DNA of 53,451 bases from Intoshia linei (Eukaryota; Animalia; Orthonectida). The translations under genes and the position numbers were made by a program. The notes beneath the pieces were generated by a model that was not told the origin of the DNA, made no database searches, and worked only from the letters and a program-made list of their open reading frames with translations. Each line of letters starts with the position of its first letter. Positions within the stretch are counted from its first letter, which is position 1. Below, piece after piece: positions 13,001 to 28,000 of the stretch. Where the stretch lies: NCBI GenBank assembly GCA_001642005.1, contig LWCA01000114.1, forward strand, positions 1 to 53,451, written 5' to 3'.

Positions 13001-16000
13001 CAATATTACCGATTTTTAAATTTTAGGTAGATTTGACAACATTAGTTACATTGCATGTGGTAAGTCACCACTGGTGACAACAGTGGTAGTTGATGTAAAT
13101 CACAACTTGCGTTAAATTAAAACGAAATGTCAGTTTTGGTGGTTGTAAATGGAGAAAAATAATATTTTTTTTAAAAAAATTGAAAAGGTACATTATTCAT
13201 TAAGTTAAGTTAATTCGTTAAGTGTTAACGGAACTTTCATTTTCATTGTAAATTTGATATAACAAAAGTAATCAAATTTTGTTAAGTAACATGTAACATG
13301 CAAGTTTACCACAAATTATTTTTGAAATATAATTTGGCAATGTCTATGTCTCGCGAAATGTTTAGTTGTTTATAGGAATCGTGATATGAAAAGGTTAAGA
13401 ACCACTGGACTAATGTATATCATGGTCTCTCTAGAGTTTTTAATTTATAATAATGTTAAATTTGTAAAACCATTAAATAAAATGTATGAATTTAGATAAA
13501 AAAAAAGGATGTAGTGTTCATGACTGGGAAATATGTTTCATGAGACATTATGATAAAATATCAAAATACATAGAAAAACTGGATTTACAATCATTAGCTT
13601 GCGAGTATATATATATTTTTCACAGTATAAATATATTCGATGTAGAATACCTTTAATAATTAAAGACTGCGTTTTGTCTTCCGAGGTGTGTTATTCATAC
13701 GAAGAAAAATTGCGATATAATATGATGAAACGATTTGCAGAGTTTTTAAATTTTTCGTGTATATCTGATTCTATGGGTAAACATTTAAATCGTTTACATT
13801 ATATTACATACAGATAGTATGTAGATAATATATATATATTATTATTATAATATATAAATATTAAATTTTTAGATAGCATTGCAACGAACTTTTATACAAA
13901 TGTCATGTCTCCTTCGTGTGTGTCTGGGTTTGACAAATGTGAAAAATTCATTTCTAACATGTTTATTTTTATTATAAAAAACTAACCAATTTGTAAATAA
14001 TGTTTTAATAACAATATCACAATAATTGGTATAAATTAATTTACATAAATTTATTTTAGGCTAACTACAACCCGTACATTAAATAATATGCGATTATATC
14101 AGCACGTTGATGATTTTATTCAATTTTACAATTGTTTTGAGCCATACATGAGTATTTGTTTCAAAGATTCATTGGAAGAAATTAAAAATATTGCTAGTGA
14201 AATTTATTCTCAGGTTTCACCTCCGTTTCTAAATTTACCTTGTTACGAAACAAAACAGTGCATTACTGCATTTGACGTGATTTTTAACTATGAATCATAT
14301 GGTGGTTACAATCTAATGTCTCAACTTTTGTTTGCTAATGAGACTAAAAGTTATGATCCAATAGATGTGATAAAATATAAAAAGTATATTATAATCATAT
14401 TTATTTGAAAATTTTTTAGTGATTTGATTAAAGCAAAAAACTGTATTCAAAACAACAAATGTGACGATATTTTTGAAATGGACGAAGTTTATACAGACAT
14501 TAAAATACGTGAAAATTTAGTATCAAAATTTATTGAAATTGATCTATGTGATGATGGTAAACGTTGTGCTAATAAGGGTTATTGTTATTCAAATATATGC
14601 TATTGCATACCAGGTTATTCAGGGAATATGTGCGAGGATGGTATTAATATTCAAATTTTAATATATGTAATGTAGTTAATGATAACTGCAACTTGTCGGC
14701 TATTGTTGATTGTTTAGCCACTGCGAATGCTAAAATTAATAAAGCTGCAGGAATGCGAAAATTCTTTTTTTACGACAGATTCCAGAATCATACTATATTT
14801 CTTAATACTACTCTAAACTCTTGTGGGTTGGTCATTTAAATTTTATTTTATTAACATTTTATATTAGGTATAATAACCATTTAAATGATTGCATTACTAA
14901 GACAACAAAAACATGTGACTTTAAAGGATTAACAAATGAAAATACTATTAAACTTATGAATAAACAGTGTGCAGTAAATTCGTATATAGGTAATTTTTTA
15001 ATAAATAATAAGTCAACCAAATAAAAATTTAGTTTTTTTAATCAAAAGCTCAACTGATTTATCATACATAATGTAGTTAAATAATTTATTTTTAAAGTAT
15101 ATTTTCCTGTTTTAAGCCAGAATATACATGTATCACTGATACAAATGTGTTATATTTTAAAAAATACAGCACTATCCAGAAAAACCTGTTATTTTTTTAA
15201 TGTCGGTAAAAATAATTTGCTATTAACCAGCTTAAGCCATTATGATAAAACTAAATACAATATCATAAACTCAACCTATACTTTGTAAATTTAAAATCTA
15301 AGTTTTTAAATTACATTGTATGAGTAAAATTTGAATATAACTTTCATATTTAAGTTAAAATTTTTTCTATTTTAGTTTTACATGTTTCACGTGTGCATTT
15401 TAGTTTGATACATTTATTTATACATCTTATAGACACAACATGCATTGGAAATTGCACACGTAACAAATGCAAAGATGATGGTTATTGTATAGGTGGTGAT
15501 TTTTACGAAAGAGGTTACAAATGTGTTTGCAAGGAAGACGTTGTAGGATATAATTGCGAATGTAATTAAATTAAATATTAGCAATGAACTGTATTCTTAG
15601 TTGGAAAAATCACTTGTGATGTTGATTACGTTAATAAAGTGTTAAACGATATATTGAAAGCTGGACAAGATTCATGTGATAACTACGATTGCGGGTATTG
15701 TTAGAATTAAACTTAATAATACATTTAGATCATTGAATGACGAAGTCAATAATATAATCGAAAGATTAATTAACCACTGTCAAAGTAAAGCTGAAGTCCG
15801 TTACATAATTCAAAACTTATACTATCTCAATGGGATAGGTTGGTCACTTTGTGATGTCGGTAACGTTATATTCATATTTATATACATTTGTAAAAACTAG
15901 CACCTTCATGTCAAAGTTACAATGATTTACTTTCAAATGTGGACTTTACAGATGTATTAAGGGGTATTGTCGCTAATATGGGAAGTATTGATTGTGATTA

Positions 16001-19000
16001 CTTGAACAATATTCGATATAAGATATTTCTCAAATATACGGATTGCCCTGACAAGGGAATGTGTTATTCTGCTTTGAAAGCATACGATAAGTTTCATTAT
16101 GCATTATCTGGTTACATGTGTTCACCTCCATGTAATGATATATACAAATGCTCTTCAATAAATGAAATATGTGTAGATTTGGGAAGAACTAGTGATTGTC
16201 AGAGTATTTTTATTACATAATTATATAAAAATCTTATTGGTGCATTGAAATGGCCACTGTATGCGAACCTAGTTTAATTATTGACAACGGTAAGGACAAA
16301 TTGAGTTAACATTTTAAAATTGTAATCGTTTGAATCTGTTATTATTTTTTTATTTTCGGGAATATTCAGTACTTTCTGGTGTCGTCATGGGTCAGCCGTT
16401 AAATTAGATGAAATACTGCTATTAATCATCACAGGTAAAAAAACAGTTATCGCGCAAAGCGAATCATGAAAGATCGCTTCGTTAGAACTCTGGTGTTTTT
16501 ATTGTTATGGTCTATTTTTGACACTTTGTTTCTCTCTTTGAAATATCCTTCTAAACGATTCGCAATTAGGTTCATAGAACTGATTTATTATAACATAAAA
16601 TATTATTTGTATAAATTCAATTATATTTTGGTCCTTAAAATTACGGAGAAACATCTATGACATGGGTATTTTTACTAATCATGCCGTACGATGTTTTTGC
16701 TGTCATTCAATGGCCATTTACAAATTTGTCATACTCTAGCTTATTATTAACTTCATTTATTTATTCCATTAGAACCAAATTGTGATTTTGCAAATATCAA
16801 CAGCTGTTATGATACCATTTTACGGGCAATAATCAATTGTAGTTGCTCAAACGAAAAATTTAATTAGTAATTATATATTATGGATAATATACAAGGTACT
16901 AACATACCTAATTCGAGACAGTAATTTTTTAAGTACAAGCTTGTAAATAAGAAAAATAAAATATAGTAAAAAAATTTTAAATATTCATACTGATATTTTT
17001 GTCACTGATTTTTTTCAATATAGTGGTTTCTGTATGTATTTTACGAAGGTTTAGGACAATACTTCGTTTTTCATTTATATGTAACAAAATATTTGTTTAT
17101 GAAAATTTTGTAAAGGTTATAAGCATAAACTTTAAATTTTCAGTAATAAAAATCTAAAAAAATTTAATCCACACATGATTTTTAAAATCTCGTCAGCACA
17201 ACCGAACTTTGTGATTTAGACCTAATTTATATTCTGTCCTCCAATCGTAACTTATTCAAGAATGAACAATCCTAGTATTTAAAAAAAAAAATCAATTATT
17301 ATGCATCATTGTCCTGATAATGCCTTTGAAAAATCATATTACGGATTTATTACTCAATATTTTGCAAAATTTAAAATTAACATGATAACTAACAATTTCA
17401 CAATTTTATCAATAAAATATTGGTGATAAACGTGTTGACTAAGTAATCAAAAACAAATTAATTTAAAATTAAAATTTTATAATGTTTTGTAACTATCGAT
17501 TTCGAAATTTAATTTGATTTTAAATTTATTATTAAATTTTTAATTTTCATATAATTTGACTACAATTTGGTTTTTAAAACTAAAAATTAATTCCAATATT
17601 AATTTTAATATAAAGTAAAGTAAAATAATAATTTTACGTTTTGTCAATATTGTTATCTTTCGGTTATTTTATAATTTCATTTTTTCTTGAATTCAAATTG
17701 TTAATTAAAAATAATCAAGTTAAAATAGATTATAATTACAAATTATGTATACTAAACAGAAACAACTGTAACTGAAAACTGAAGTGAAATATATTATGCC
17801 TTATAATTAGGGATATGTAAAAATATTTGTAGGAATGTCAAGGTTATAATTTACAATAACTATTTCACCGATATTAATGCGGTTTATAAACTAAATCGTT
17901 TATAGTTTGAACGCGTCATATATTATAGATTACTTTAGCCATGAATTGGATAAATGCAATGAATTATTGAATGCATGCTATCCAAACGAATCAAGTTTAT
18001 TAAAATCTATTGGTAAAACATCTAGATATTGTTACCAAGAAAATAAAAATTGCAATCCTTCTAAAATTATAGCTTGTGTGTCTGAATTTAAAGATGATTT
18101 TATTTCAGCAATCAATTCAAATTCAACAGTTTGTAATTATCAGAGTAGATTGAAGACTTGTTTTGAAAGTGTTGACACATTCAACAATAATTATAAAGTA
18201 TATGAATTGGAACGTTACGAAACTAATGGAATGTGCAAAAATGTTGCATGTTATATTAACCATTGTCATAGTGGAGGAGTATGCAGTACCGATATGTTTG
18301 GTAATCAAGTTTGTAAATGTCCAGATTGTTATGATGGTAAAACGTGTGGCGTTTCGAAATTGACATCATTTTGTTCATTACCTGCAGCAATGAGTTGTAC
18401 TTTCATTTCTCTTGGTGATATATTCGTTAAAAAACCTCCAAAAATTATATATATTTTAACACAAAATATATTTTCTAATAGTACTAATGCACTTAGTATA
18501 ACTGATGATCAACAACACGAAATTGAAACTTTTATAAAAATTTCGATTAACAACATTTGTTATGGTTTAGAATTTATTGATAAGTGCTTCGATAAATGGA
18601 CTTCAGATTGTGTTTTAACCGGAAACATTACTAGATTAAATTTTATCGATATTATTCGAAATTTTGTTAAGGAACAATGTTTAAATGAAGACGAATTATT
18701 TGATTTGATTAAATCTACACTATTTTCATGTTATTCGCATGTGAGTAAAGTGGCATCTTGCGCCGAAGCTGAATTAAACAAGATTGACTCTTTTGTAGAA
18801 ATACCCAATTTGGTGGAAATTTATCAATACATAACAAACATTTATTCTTGTATCAAACCGACATTATTGCAATGTTCTCCTGTAGCTAATTTGCTTTTTG
18901 AATCAATCTTAGCCGAGATTAAAAATTCGGCAGACAATTCAGTTAAATGTTTGATATCAAACGGTTGTTTGAGTAAAATGGTTTCTGATATTGAAATTAA

Positions 19001-22000
19001 TTATACCTTCAATATTTCTCTTAGTGTGCCATTTAGTGATGTTGTCAAATGTATTAATGAAGATATATGCTTACCTATATATAAAATTGAATATTTTGCT
19101 AAAGTAATGAACTATGCTTTTGCTTATGACTACAAAAATATAACAGTGTTATTTGAAACTCCAATATGTCAATTAGATATTTGTATTGCTGAAATGATGT
19201 CTACTATATATAATAAAAATCATAGAAAATGCTTGGATAGAAAAGAGGAATGTTATCATTCTTCATCTGTTAAAGACGCTTGTACCACATTAATTAGTGT
19301 GAGAAGGTGCCAGAAAAATAATCAATGTTTTAAATTATATACCAGTCATGAAAGCCTATATTGCAAAACTTTACATACTCTATCATTAATGTGCTCTGGT
19401 GGGTGTATAAATGATCCTTGTAAGAATGGATCAAAATGTGAAGGTCAAGGAATGTCTGAGTATTATTGTATGTGTAAATCCGGAAATTACGGGAAAAATT
19501 GTGAAAATGAATACCCAAAGCAATGTATAGCAGAAGAATTAAATCAATATTTGATTACAGCACTTAAAACATATTCAAATGTGCATTGCGACGATTCAAC
19601 CAAGTTAGAAATGTGTAAATCTGGACGAGCTTACGATTACAAAAATCTCCTTTTATATTATACTCAAATACAGAGTAATGGTGGAAGATTATGTAATGAT
19701 GTTACAACCAATCTAATAAGTGGAATAGTATATACCTTTGCCCAATATAGTATAGATTGTAGATCTAATAACGACGAAAAAGACCAAATTTGTCTTTACA
19801 GTGACATGGTTATTAGTTGTTTCGAGTCATATTTAGAAACAATAATTAAATATAGTATAAATAATAATAATAGTAATAAATGTGTTTACATGTTGAAAAT
19901 GCGAAAATGTATTATGGAAACATTACAAGATTGTCATTCAGATGTGTGTAAAAACCATTTAAGAGCAATAAACCAAATATCGACCACCATAAATTGTCAA
20001 TTACCTTGTTCTAACGACAAAACATGTTCATATGGAAAATTGTGTAAAGATAAAGGCGATAAAGAGGAATGTTTGGATCCAGACTGTTCTAATTTTGGCA
20101 TTGCAGACTGCATCGAAAAAACTGTAAATTTACTAGATGGAGTTTGTGGAAATGGTTATGATTACCCACAAAATTATGATTCAAAACCAGACTACCCCGA
20201 ACAACCAAAAGACCCTAATCGTGATTATTACGATCCAATTACAACTGGTGAATGTCAATTTCAGGAAACTGATTCAAATGAAAAATTTTGTTACGATACA
20301 TTTGTAATTTGTCGTGATCAGGGTTCAATAATACGTGACACAATTGATTACATGCTAGATGACTTAAAAAATGCCATGGACCCTTGCGGTAAAATGATGC
20401 ATCGTAGTCTACATTGTGGGTTAGCAAAATATATAAGCGAATGTATTGATTATAAGGATTGGGCAGATTCAATTCTTACTCAAATGATGCCACCTCAAAA
20501 TCACCCTTGGTGTGTATTTAGTTTAGAAAGTCTGCAATGCATGGAAGGACAAATGTTTAAAAACAGTTTCAACAGTATTACCATACAACAAGGAATAATG
20601 AGTCTAAAAAAACATCCATTGTGCCAAAAATATAATGTACTGATGTTATGCTATCCTAACCCTTGCTTAAACTCAGGAAAGTGTTTTGTTCAAGAATTTG
20701 CCAATGAATATGAGTGTATTTGTTCATCTTGCTATAGTGGTGATAAATGTGAATTTGCTAATTCGTCAATGTTAGTCGAATCTACGGAAGGAAATTTTCC
20801 TACCACAAACTATGTTGAATTTAGTAAGCAATGCAATACTGATCAAGTTGGAGTATGTGTTTATGAAACGATTATGAACTATATAGGAAAGAACGGTAAA
20901 CTATTTGAAAATATTGATATAAGCAACATGACCGATGTAATGAATAGTATATGTGGTTTGATTAAGGAATTAAAATTTTGTATAGACATTTTTGCATATG
21001 ACTGTAAATCTAGTAATTATAAAGTTGTGCTAGACATTATAAAAAAGGTTTTTAATTACACAAATAATCAATGTTCAAATCTCTATATATTTGGTTTAAG
21101 ATTAATGAAAATTATTATGTGCGTACAAACCGTAAACACTGACGAATTGTTGAAAAATCTTTATTATGAATATTTCCTTCCACGTATGGATAAATTCTTG
21201 AGTATAAAGTTACTCACTCCTACTTTACCATATTTGAGTCAGCATTATGATTTTATCAGTGAATCTTTTACTGAACTTTTAAAATACATTCCAGTGTGTA
21301 TTTTAGATAATACAAAAGTAGAAATTTCTCTCATTTCAGATATTATTGATTCCTTGAATCCTTTGTATCAAAACTGTTGGAATGCAAAAAAATGCATAAA
21401 TCAATTTGATGATGAAACATATGACAAGTTTTCTTCAAACCCAATTTTGATGTACCCAATTGCAATGAACATTACTGATTGTTATATTCGTTATGAAAAA
21501 GCTATAAACTGTATAGAAGCTGGATTTATTGATCCGACTTGTACTACTGTTGAAGTTATAGAAGTAGAATCTTATCTATTGGCTAGAAAGAAAAGTTTGT
21601 TTAAACTATACGACATTGAAGAACATCACGTATGTTATAAAAAAGTAGTCTGTCGAAATGGTGGTAAATGTGTACGAGGTACAGATTTGGACAAGTACAC
21701 CTGCAGGTGTCGCCAAGGTTATTCAGGTGATGAATGTCAACTTTCAAATGGAAAGGACTGTTATAATGAACACAACGATCAATGTATTCTCGAATTTCAA
21801 AGTGAATTAGACATGCAAATGCACTTTCTTTGTAGCCATACATATAAAAGTAACTTAGCTGATACTAGATTGAATTTCCAATTTCAAAATTGCGAGCTTC
21901 AAAATAAGGATACTTGTTATGCCATTAAAAAAGTAATGGGATGCATGATGGAAGGTGATATAGATTGTCTATCAAATGATTTGTCCACATTGGAAGCGAA

Positions 22001-25000
22001 ATATTGCAAATTACTTGTTAAAGCAAATACATCATGCCACCAGAAATGTATTAGGGATCATTGTTTAAATGGTGGTATTTGCTATACTCAATTAATTGAT
22101 GTGAGTTCTATGTTTAAATATACTCGTTGTTCTTGTTCTGATGGGTATAGTGGAGAAATATGTGAACTAATCGAAGAAGAATCTTGCAACAAGGACGAAA
22201 TCATTAATTCTTTAAAAAAATACAGCTCCATGGCCATTGAATCATGGTGTGACAGTAATAAATCTGATGAACATTGCGAAGGAGAAAATAACCATTTCAT
22301 TGAAATTGAGAAATACGTTATGTATGCTTCTAAGAATTGCTCAGATACTGTTAAATTATACTTAAACAGTATTTTTAAATATAGTAGATTTGAATGTGCA
22401 TATATCGGTTTCACAAAATTGCAAAATTTTGATAAGGGTTGTGCGGCATCTAGTAGGTTTGTTGATTGTTTGGATTATGATGAATTATTTAATACTTTGA
22501 TGTACCCTGATCGTTTTAGTATGGAGGATATATGCAAGTCTTCTATGAATAGAAGAAAATGTATATATGATGCTACATCTGATTGTACTGATCTATTATG
22601 TATAAGTGTTAGAGAAAACTCTGATAAAGTTTTACATGCAATGGGCATTCCAGAATGTAATATTCCATGTTACGACGAATATGCATGTCCAATAACGACT
22701 GATTGTATCGATTTGGGAGATAGACAGAATTGTCATATTAAAGAAGCAGATGTCATGCGCTGTAATAAAAAATCTGTGGAAATGGGTTTACGTGATTACA
22801 CATTGATAGTGATGGATGCTTATTGTGACATAGATACAGCCAGATTGTACTGTGAAGAAAATACTTTTGTAAAATTGGAAAACGATATAAATGAATATAT
22901 AAAGCATTGCGATGAAGATTCCAGGAAACTGACAGAATCACTATTAATGAAGTTTGATTGTGATCATATCCCAATTCGCAACGAAAACGAATCTGTGGAA
23001 GGTTGTAAGCTAAAATGGAAGGTTAGAAATTGCTTTGATTATGACGGTGCGTTCGATATGTTTAAAAATTTTACAATTTTACCATACATAGATGATATTT
23101 GCACGGAAATTATGAATGTACGAGGTTGTGTACATGATTCTATTAAAGGATGCACTGATGAATTATGTAATATTGTTAAAAAAGTTACAGATGAACAGAT
23201 TAATAAGATATCTTTGGGTAAATGTGAAATCCCTTGTGCTAAAAATTATTGCAACGATGAAGAGTGCATTGATACTGGAACGGATTATGATTGTTCCGGT
23301 AATTCGTCAGAATGTAATTTGTATGAATTGGAAAATGTTATAAAAAATTACACTAAAGTGCTTTTCGAAACATTATGTAGCGCAGATAAGGCCACTGAGC
23401 ACTGTTCAAACAATCAATTTGAAATGATAAAGTTACATATCAACGAATCCAAACGATCTTGCAATTCATCAGTCATTTCACATGTTGATGCAATGATGGA
23501 TGATATCTTCGAATGTCAATATGAATCGTACCTCAATCGTAATGAATTTACTCAAGGGTGCAAAGTTTCAATGCATATTCAACATTGTTTATATAGTGGT
23601 GATATTATGTCATTTGATGAAATCAATTCAAACGAAATCTGTCGCAAGGCTCTTCAAAAAAGAAAATGTTTATTCGATGCTACAAGTGAATGTACCGATG
23701 ATATTTGTAGTAAAACTAGAGAAAAGTTTGATGCAATAATGGGAAAACTTTCAAATTACACTTGCAAACCTCCGTGTGAATACGAAGCTCAATTTTGTCC
23801 AAACGGTCACGTTTGTGTAGATACTGGTGATGATTATATATGTCAAGATTCCAAGGCTATGTGTACACATGAAAGTATTAATAGATGTATAAATAAAGCT
23901 TTCGAAACTATTCATGGTACCGTTTGTGATGGTCCAATGTTGAAAAGGGAATATCGTAAATCGCCTATTGACGGCTTAGTTAAAAATTTTATTAACAAAG
24001 TTAATAAAAACATGACTCAGTCTGATTATTTTATTGAATATGATAAAGAATTATTTGATTCTAGTTGTCAAGAAATTCCACAAGATGTTTTGACATGCCT
24101 CAACGTTTTCGATGCATGCCCAACTGAACATGACGATTTCTTTTTGGACGTTGTAGAAATTTTTAAACTTGTCATTAGTCACGTGTGCAATCCAGTTATC
24201 TTAATACCTGTAGAATTTAATATGATTTGTTCTGGTAAAGATATCTTCCTAAAATGTACTCATAATGTCAACTTTGCATCTCCTTATTATGGATCAAAAG
24301 AGGATTATTGTGAATTTTCAGATAATACTCTCAATTGTTTCGAAGAAAGTTCTAAAAATTCGAATCAATTGATGCAGTCAATGTTGATACAAAGTTTAGG
24401 TGAATTTAGGTTTTCTTTAGCTTATGACAACATGTGTCAAAGCTATGATCCCTGCTATCACAATCCTTGTTACAATGGAGGAGTGTGTAGTCATGAAAAT
24501 AATGTTTTGACATGTACATGCCCTCACTGTTATACTGGAGAGTTTTGCAATATATATTCTCCAATTTACATAAAAAATCTAGTTATAGAATATAATAAAA
24601 ACAGCATTATCGACAAGACATATCACGGATTTGCTAAACAGTGCAGTTTAAATCAGTTTTCAGTTTGTACTATTACATTATTTTATGATTCCATTGATAA
24701 AATCATTAATTTAATAAAAAATACGCCATTCGATATAGAAAATATGTATCCATTCATTCAAATGGGTTGTGATATTTTGAAAAATTTACAAAAATGCTTA
24801 GAATATTTTACTTCAGATTGTCAAACAACTACTAAACTAAGATTTTTCAATATAATCAAAGAACCAATAGAATTTTTACAAAATATTTGCTTTGATTTTA
24901 CACTAATTGGCAAATATATGGAAGTCACACAATGTTTTGGTGATTTAGATATGCAAAATGTAGGAAATAATATATTAAACAAATGTATAATTCCAAATAT

Positions 25001-28000
25001 GTCCAGTTTATTAGAAATTAAAGTGATACAACCCACTTTACCTTATCTACATCTTTATTATGACCTGATTCATAACCTTCAAACATGTGTCACGGATCAA
25101 TTACCGCTCTGCATTCTTGAAAAATTGAACGATCTTAAAATAATATTGGACAAAGTTATTGATCAACTGAATCCTTCTCATCAAAAATGTTTGGGTGCGA
25201 AAGAGTGTATATCCAACTTTGATTCAAATGTATACGGTTATAAATTGGTTCCACTTTTCCCGTTTTTCAAGGAATCTTTGGGTTTAGACGATGTTTACGA
25301 CATTTATGAACAAACACATGATTGCATTAAACAAAGTATAAACTTGGATTCACAATCTTGCAATATTTATGAATCTGCTGAGTTGTGGGCATTTTTACAA
25401 GCTAGAATGATTAGTGTTTTGGTTAGATTTGAAGATTCTGAAATACATCCATGTTTCAGAAATGTTTGTGATAATGGAACATGTGTTCGTTTAAGTCAGT
25501 TTTATAAATGTGAATGTTTTGATGGTTTTACTGGTGACAAGTGTTCTGATAGAATTGGTTGTAGTGATGATTTATATACAAAATGTATTTATGATGTGCA
25601 ATCTATATTGGATATGATTCCTCATCCTATATGCAATAAGGAATATGGTGAAGATGGTAAAAACGATTTATCAAATTGCATAGTTATGGATTTGCCCGAT
25701 TATTGCTCGTAATTATTACCATGTTAATTTATATTTTACTATAAGATGTGGAATGTTTAGTTTTTTATTCTAAAACTTATTGGCATAAAAACTAGATTTC
25801 GAGACGATTTTTAATAATTTAATATATTTTCAACTTATATTTTTATGTGTGATGAAAATTAATTGTATCAAAAAATTCTTTCAACAATGTTTTTATTTTT
25901 ATATTAAAGTTTAGAATCTAAACTCGAGATTAATTACAAAAATATTAATTATAAAATTTTTGTACCGCTGAATAGGAAATGAAAAATAGTAGAATTATGA
26001 AAGTTTTGGTTGGAGCTACAAATTTAATTTTTTTGAAAAATTTTCAGATACTATGTATATTAATACTTGTCATTGTTATCCTTACTTATCCTTTACTTAC
26101 ATTGTATATAAAATTAAAAGTTTGTGTATTACAATTTAATTAACAAATTTAGAGTCTTAGAACTTCTAATAGTTTTTCGAGATTGAGATCGATATTTTTT
26201 CGCAAATATTATACTCATAAATTTAAATAAGTGAAGTAAAAATAAACTATCAATAGAGTAAACACGCCTCTATCAAAAAATGTAGTTCCATTATGGAACT
26301 TCTATAACAAAAAGTATTCAAATGGAATGTTGACACTTTAATATTTGAAACAAGCAATTAAATTTACTAGCAATAATAGCATATCATAAATTTATATTAT
26401 TTCCTGCGAATCAAAAAAATAATAGATAAATGGGCGTTTTGATAGTCTAATGATTAGACTCTAATACCTAAGATTGAAATCTCATTTTGTACATACATTT
26501 ATATATTTAGTAATTTTTAAAATCTCACATAAGATATTTTGGTATGTGAGATATAAGAGATGTAATGTTACTTTTCATGTATTCTATATATTTTTAAACA
26601 AAATAAAATAGTTTTGTTAATTTTTATTTATTTTTACCATTAATATCTTGACTGAAACTATTGTATCAGATAGGAATTGACATTTCCATTGGAATTTATA
26701 ATAATTGAGATACTAACTAATATGATGGAATTTGAATTTGTTCATTTGAGGCCAAGGTCACATTTATATCTATTTTTAATGTAATCTAGAGCTGTCGAAT
26801 CATTTACGGATTGTTTGGGAGTAGACTATATTGCTGAAGCTTGTAAATTGGAGGACGATAAGAATAAACAAATTTGCGATCTTTATGTGAATGCAAACAC
26901 ATTATGCTATCAAAAATGTATACAAAATCCATGTGAAAATGGCGGGAAATGTATGAGTGAACGAGAAGGATTATTTGAATATAAGTACGAATGTGAATGT
27001 CCAGAAGGATTTAAAGGAGAAAATTGTGAAATTGGTGGTAATACAACCACTGAAATCCCTAATCCTGATGTAAACCCACTTATATGTGATAACAATGATG
27101 TTGCAATGTTAATAAACGACATTTATAAAAATTCTTCCTTGCTAAAATGTTTATCTTTCAAGGAAGCTACTGAAATTTGCGAGTATGATATTTATGCAAT
27201 TTTTATAAATATTTTTTTAGCTCAAATAAAATTTCATTGGCCCAAAAGAATATTGATAAATTAAGTTTAGTATGCTCGTTTATTGTTACTAATATACTCA
27301 TTTCTGTACAAAACAAGAATAACCATATTGAAAATTATTGCAGTGGAAACGATTGGCAGCCTCGTAATATAATTTTGACCTGTTGGTATAATTTTTAACT
27401 TAGTTGAAATGGCGGATTGTGTCAACAATAATTTTGTTTTGGCGTGTTTTAATTTTAAGGATTACATTAATGATGCAGAAAGTGATGATTCAATTACCAA
27501 GGTCTCATGCGAGTAACTATTTTTCCCGTAAAATGTATAAAATGTTTTAGTAAATACTACCAGAGTAGAAGATGTGTTTTCAACCAAATTGAAGAAAATT
27601 GTCAAAACGAAGAATGTATTTCAAAGATGACTGCAATGCTTAAAAATATTGCAAAGGACATTTATAATAATAAATGTGTAGATCTCAACTGTGATGATGA
27701 TTGCAGGATTGGCGAAATTTGTAAAGATTACGGAGATGTTGCTCTATGTCAAAAAGGTTTAAAAAAAAATCTTTTTACAATAAATGTAGATCCAAATTAT
27801 ACTACTACAACAAAGACCACAAAAGCAACTACCCTTTCATCGTCAAATGAAGAAATTGGTAAATTAAACTTTTTTTGAAAAAATTAGAAATTTATAAAAT
27901 TTAGATATTGCCATTGAAATTATACTGGACATTCCTTTTAAACAAGATTACAAGGATCTGAAAAATCAAAATACACAACAATTTATTAAAGATTTGGCCG

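Noticed and set aside
20049-20062. KGD integrin-like motif in one 4-Cys knot
   Set aside because: Not conserved in the other five knots; explained by the D-x-G-D pattern.
18123-25036. Short antisense and alternative-frame ORFs within the giant exon
   Set aside because: Expected shadows of a long coding region; no motifs.
17907-25712. Calling the 2601-aa ORF a stand-alone gene or Notch/Crumbs/fibropellin
   Set aside because: It starts at TTG right after a splice acceptor and ends at a donor. No LNR, ankyrin, LamG, CUB or DSL motifs are visible.
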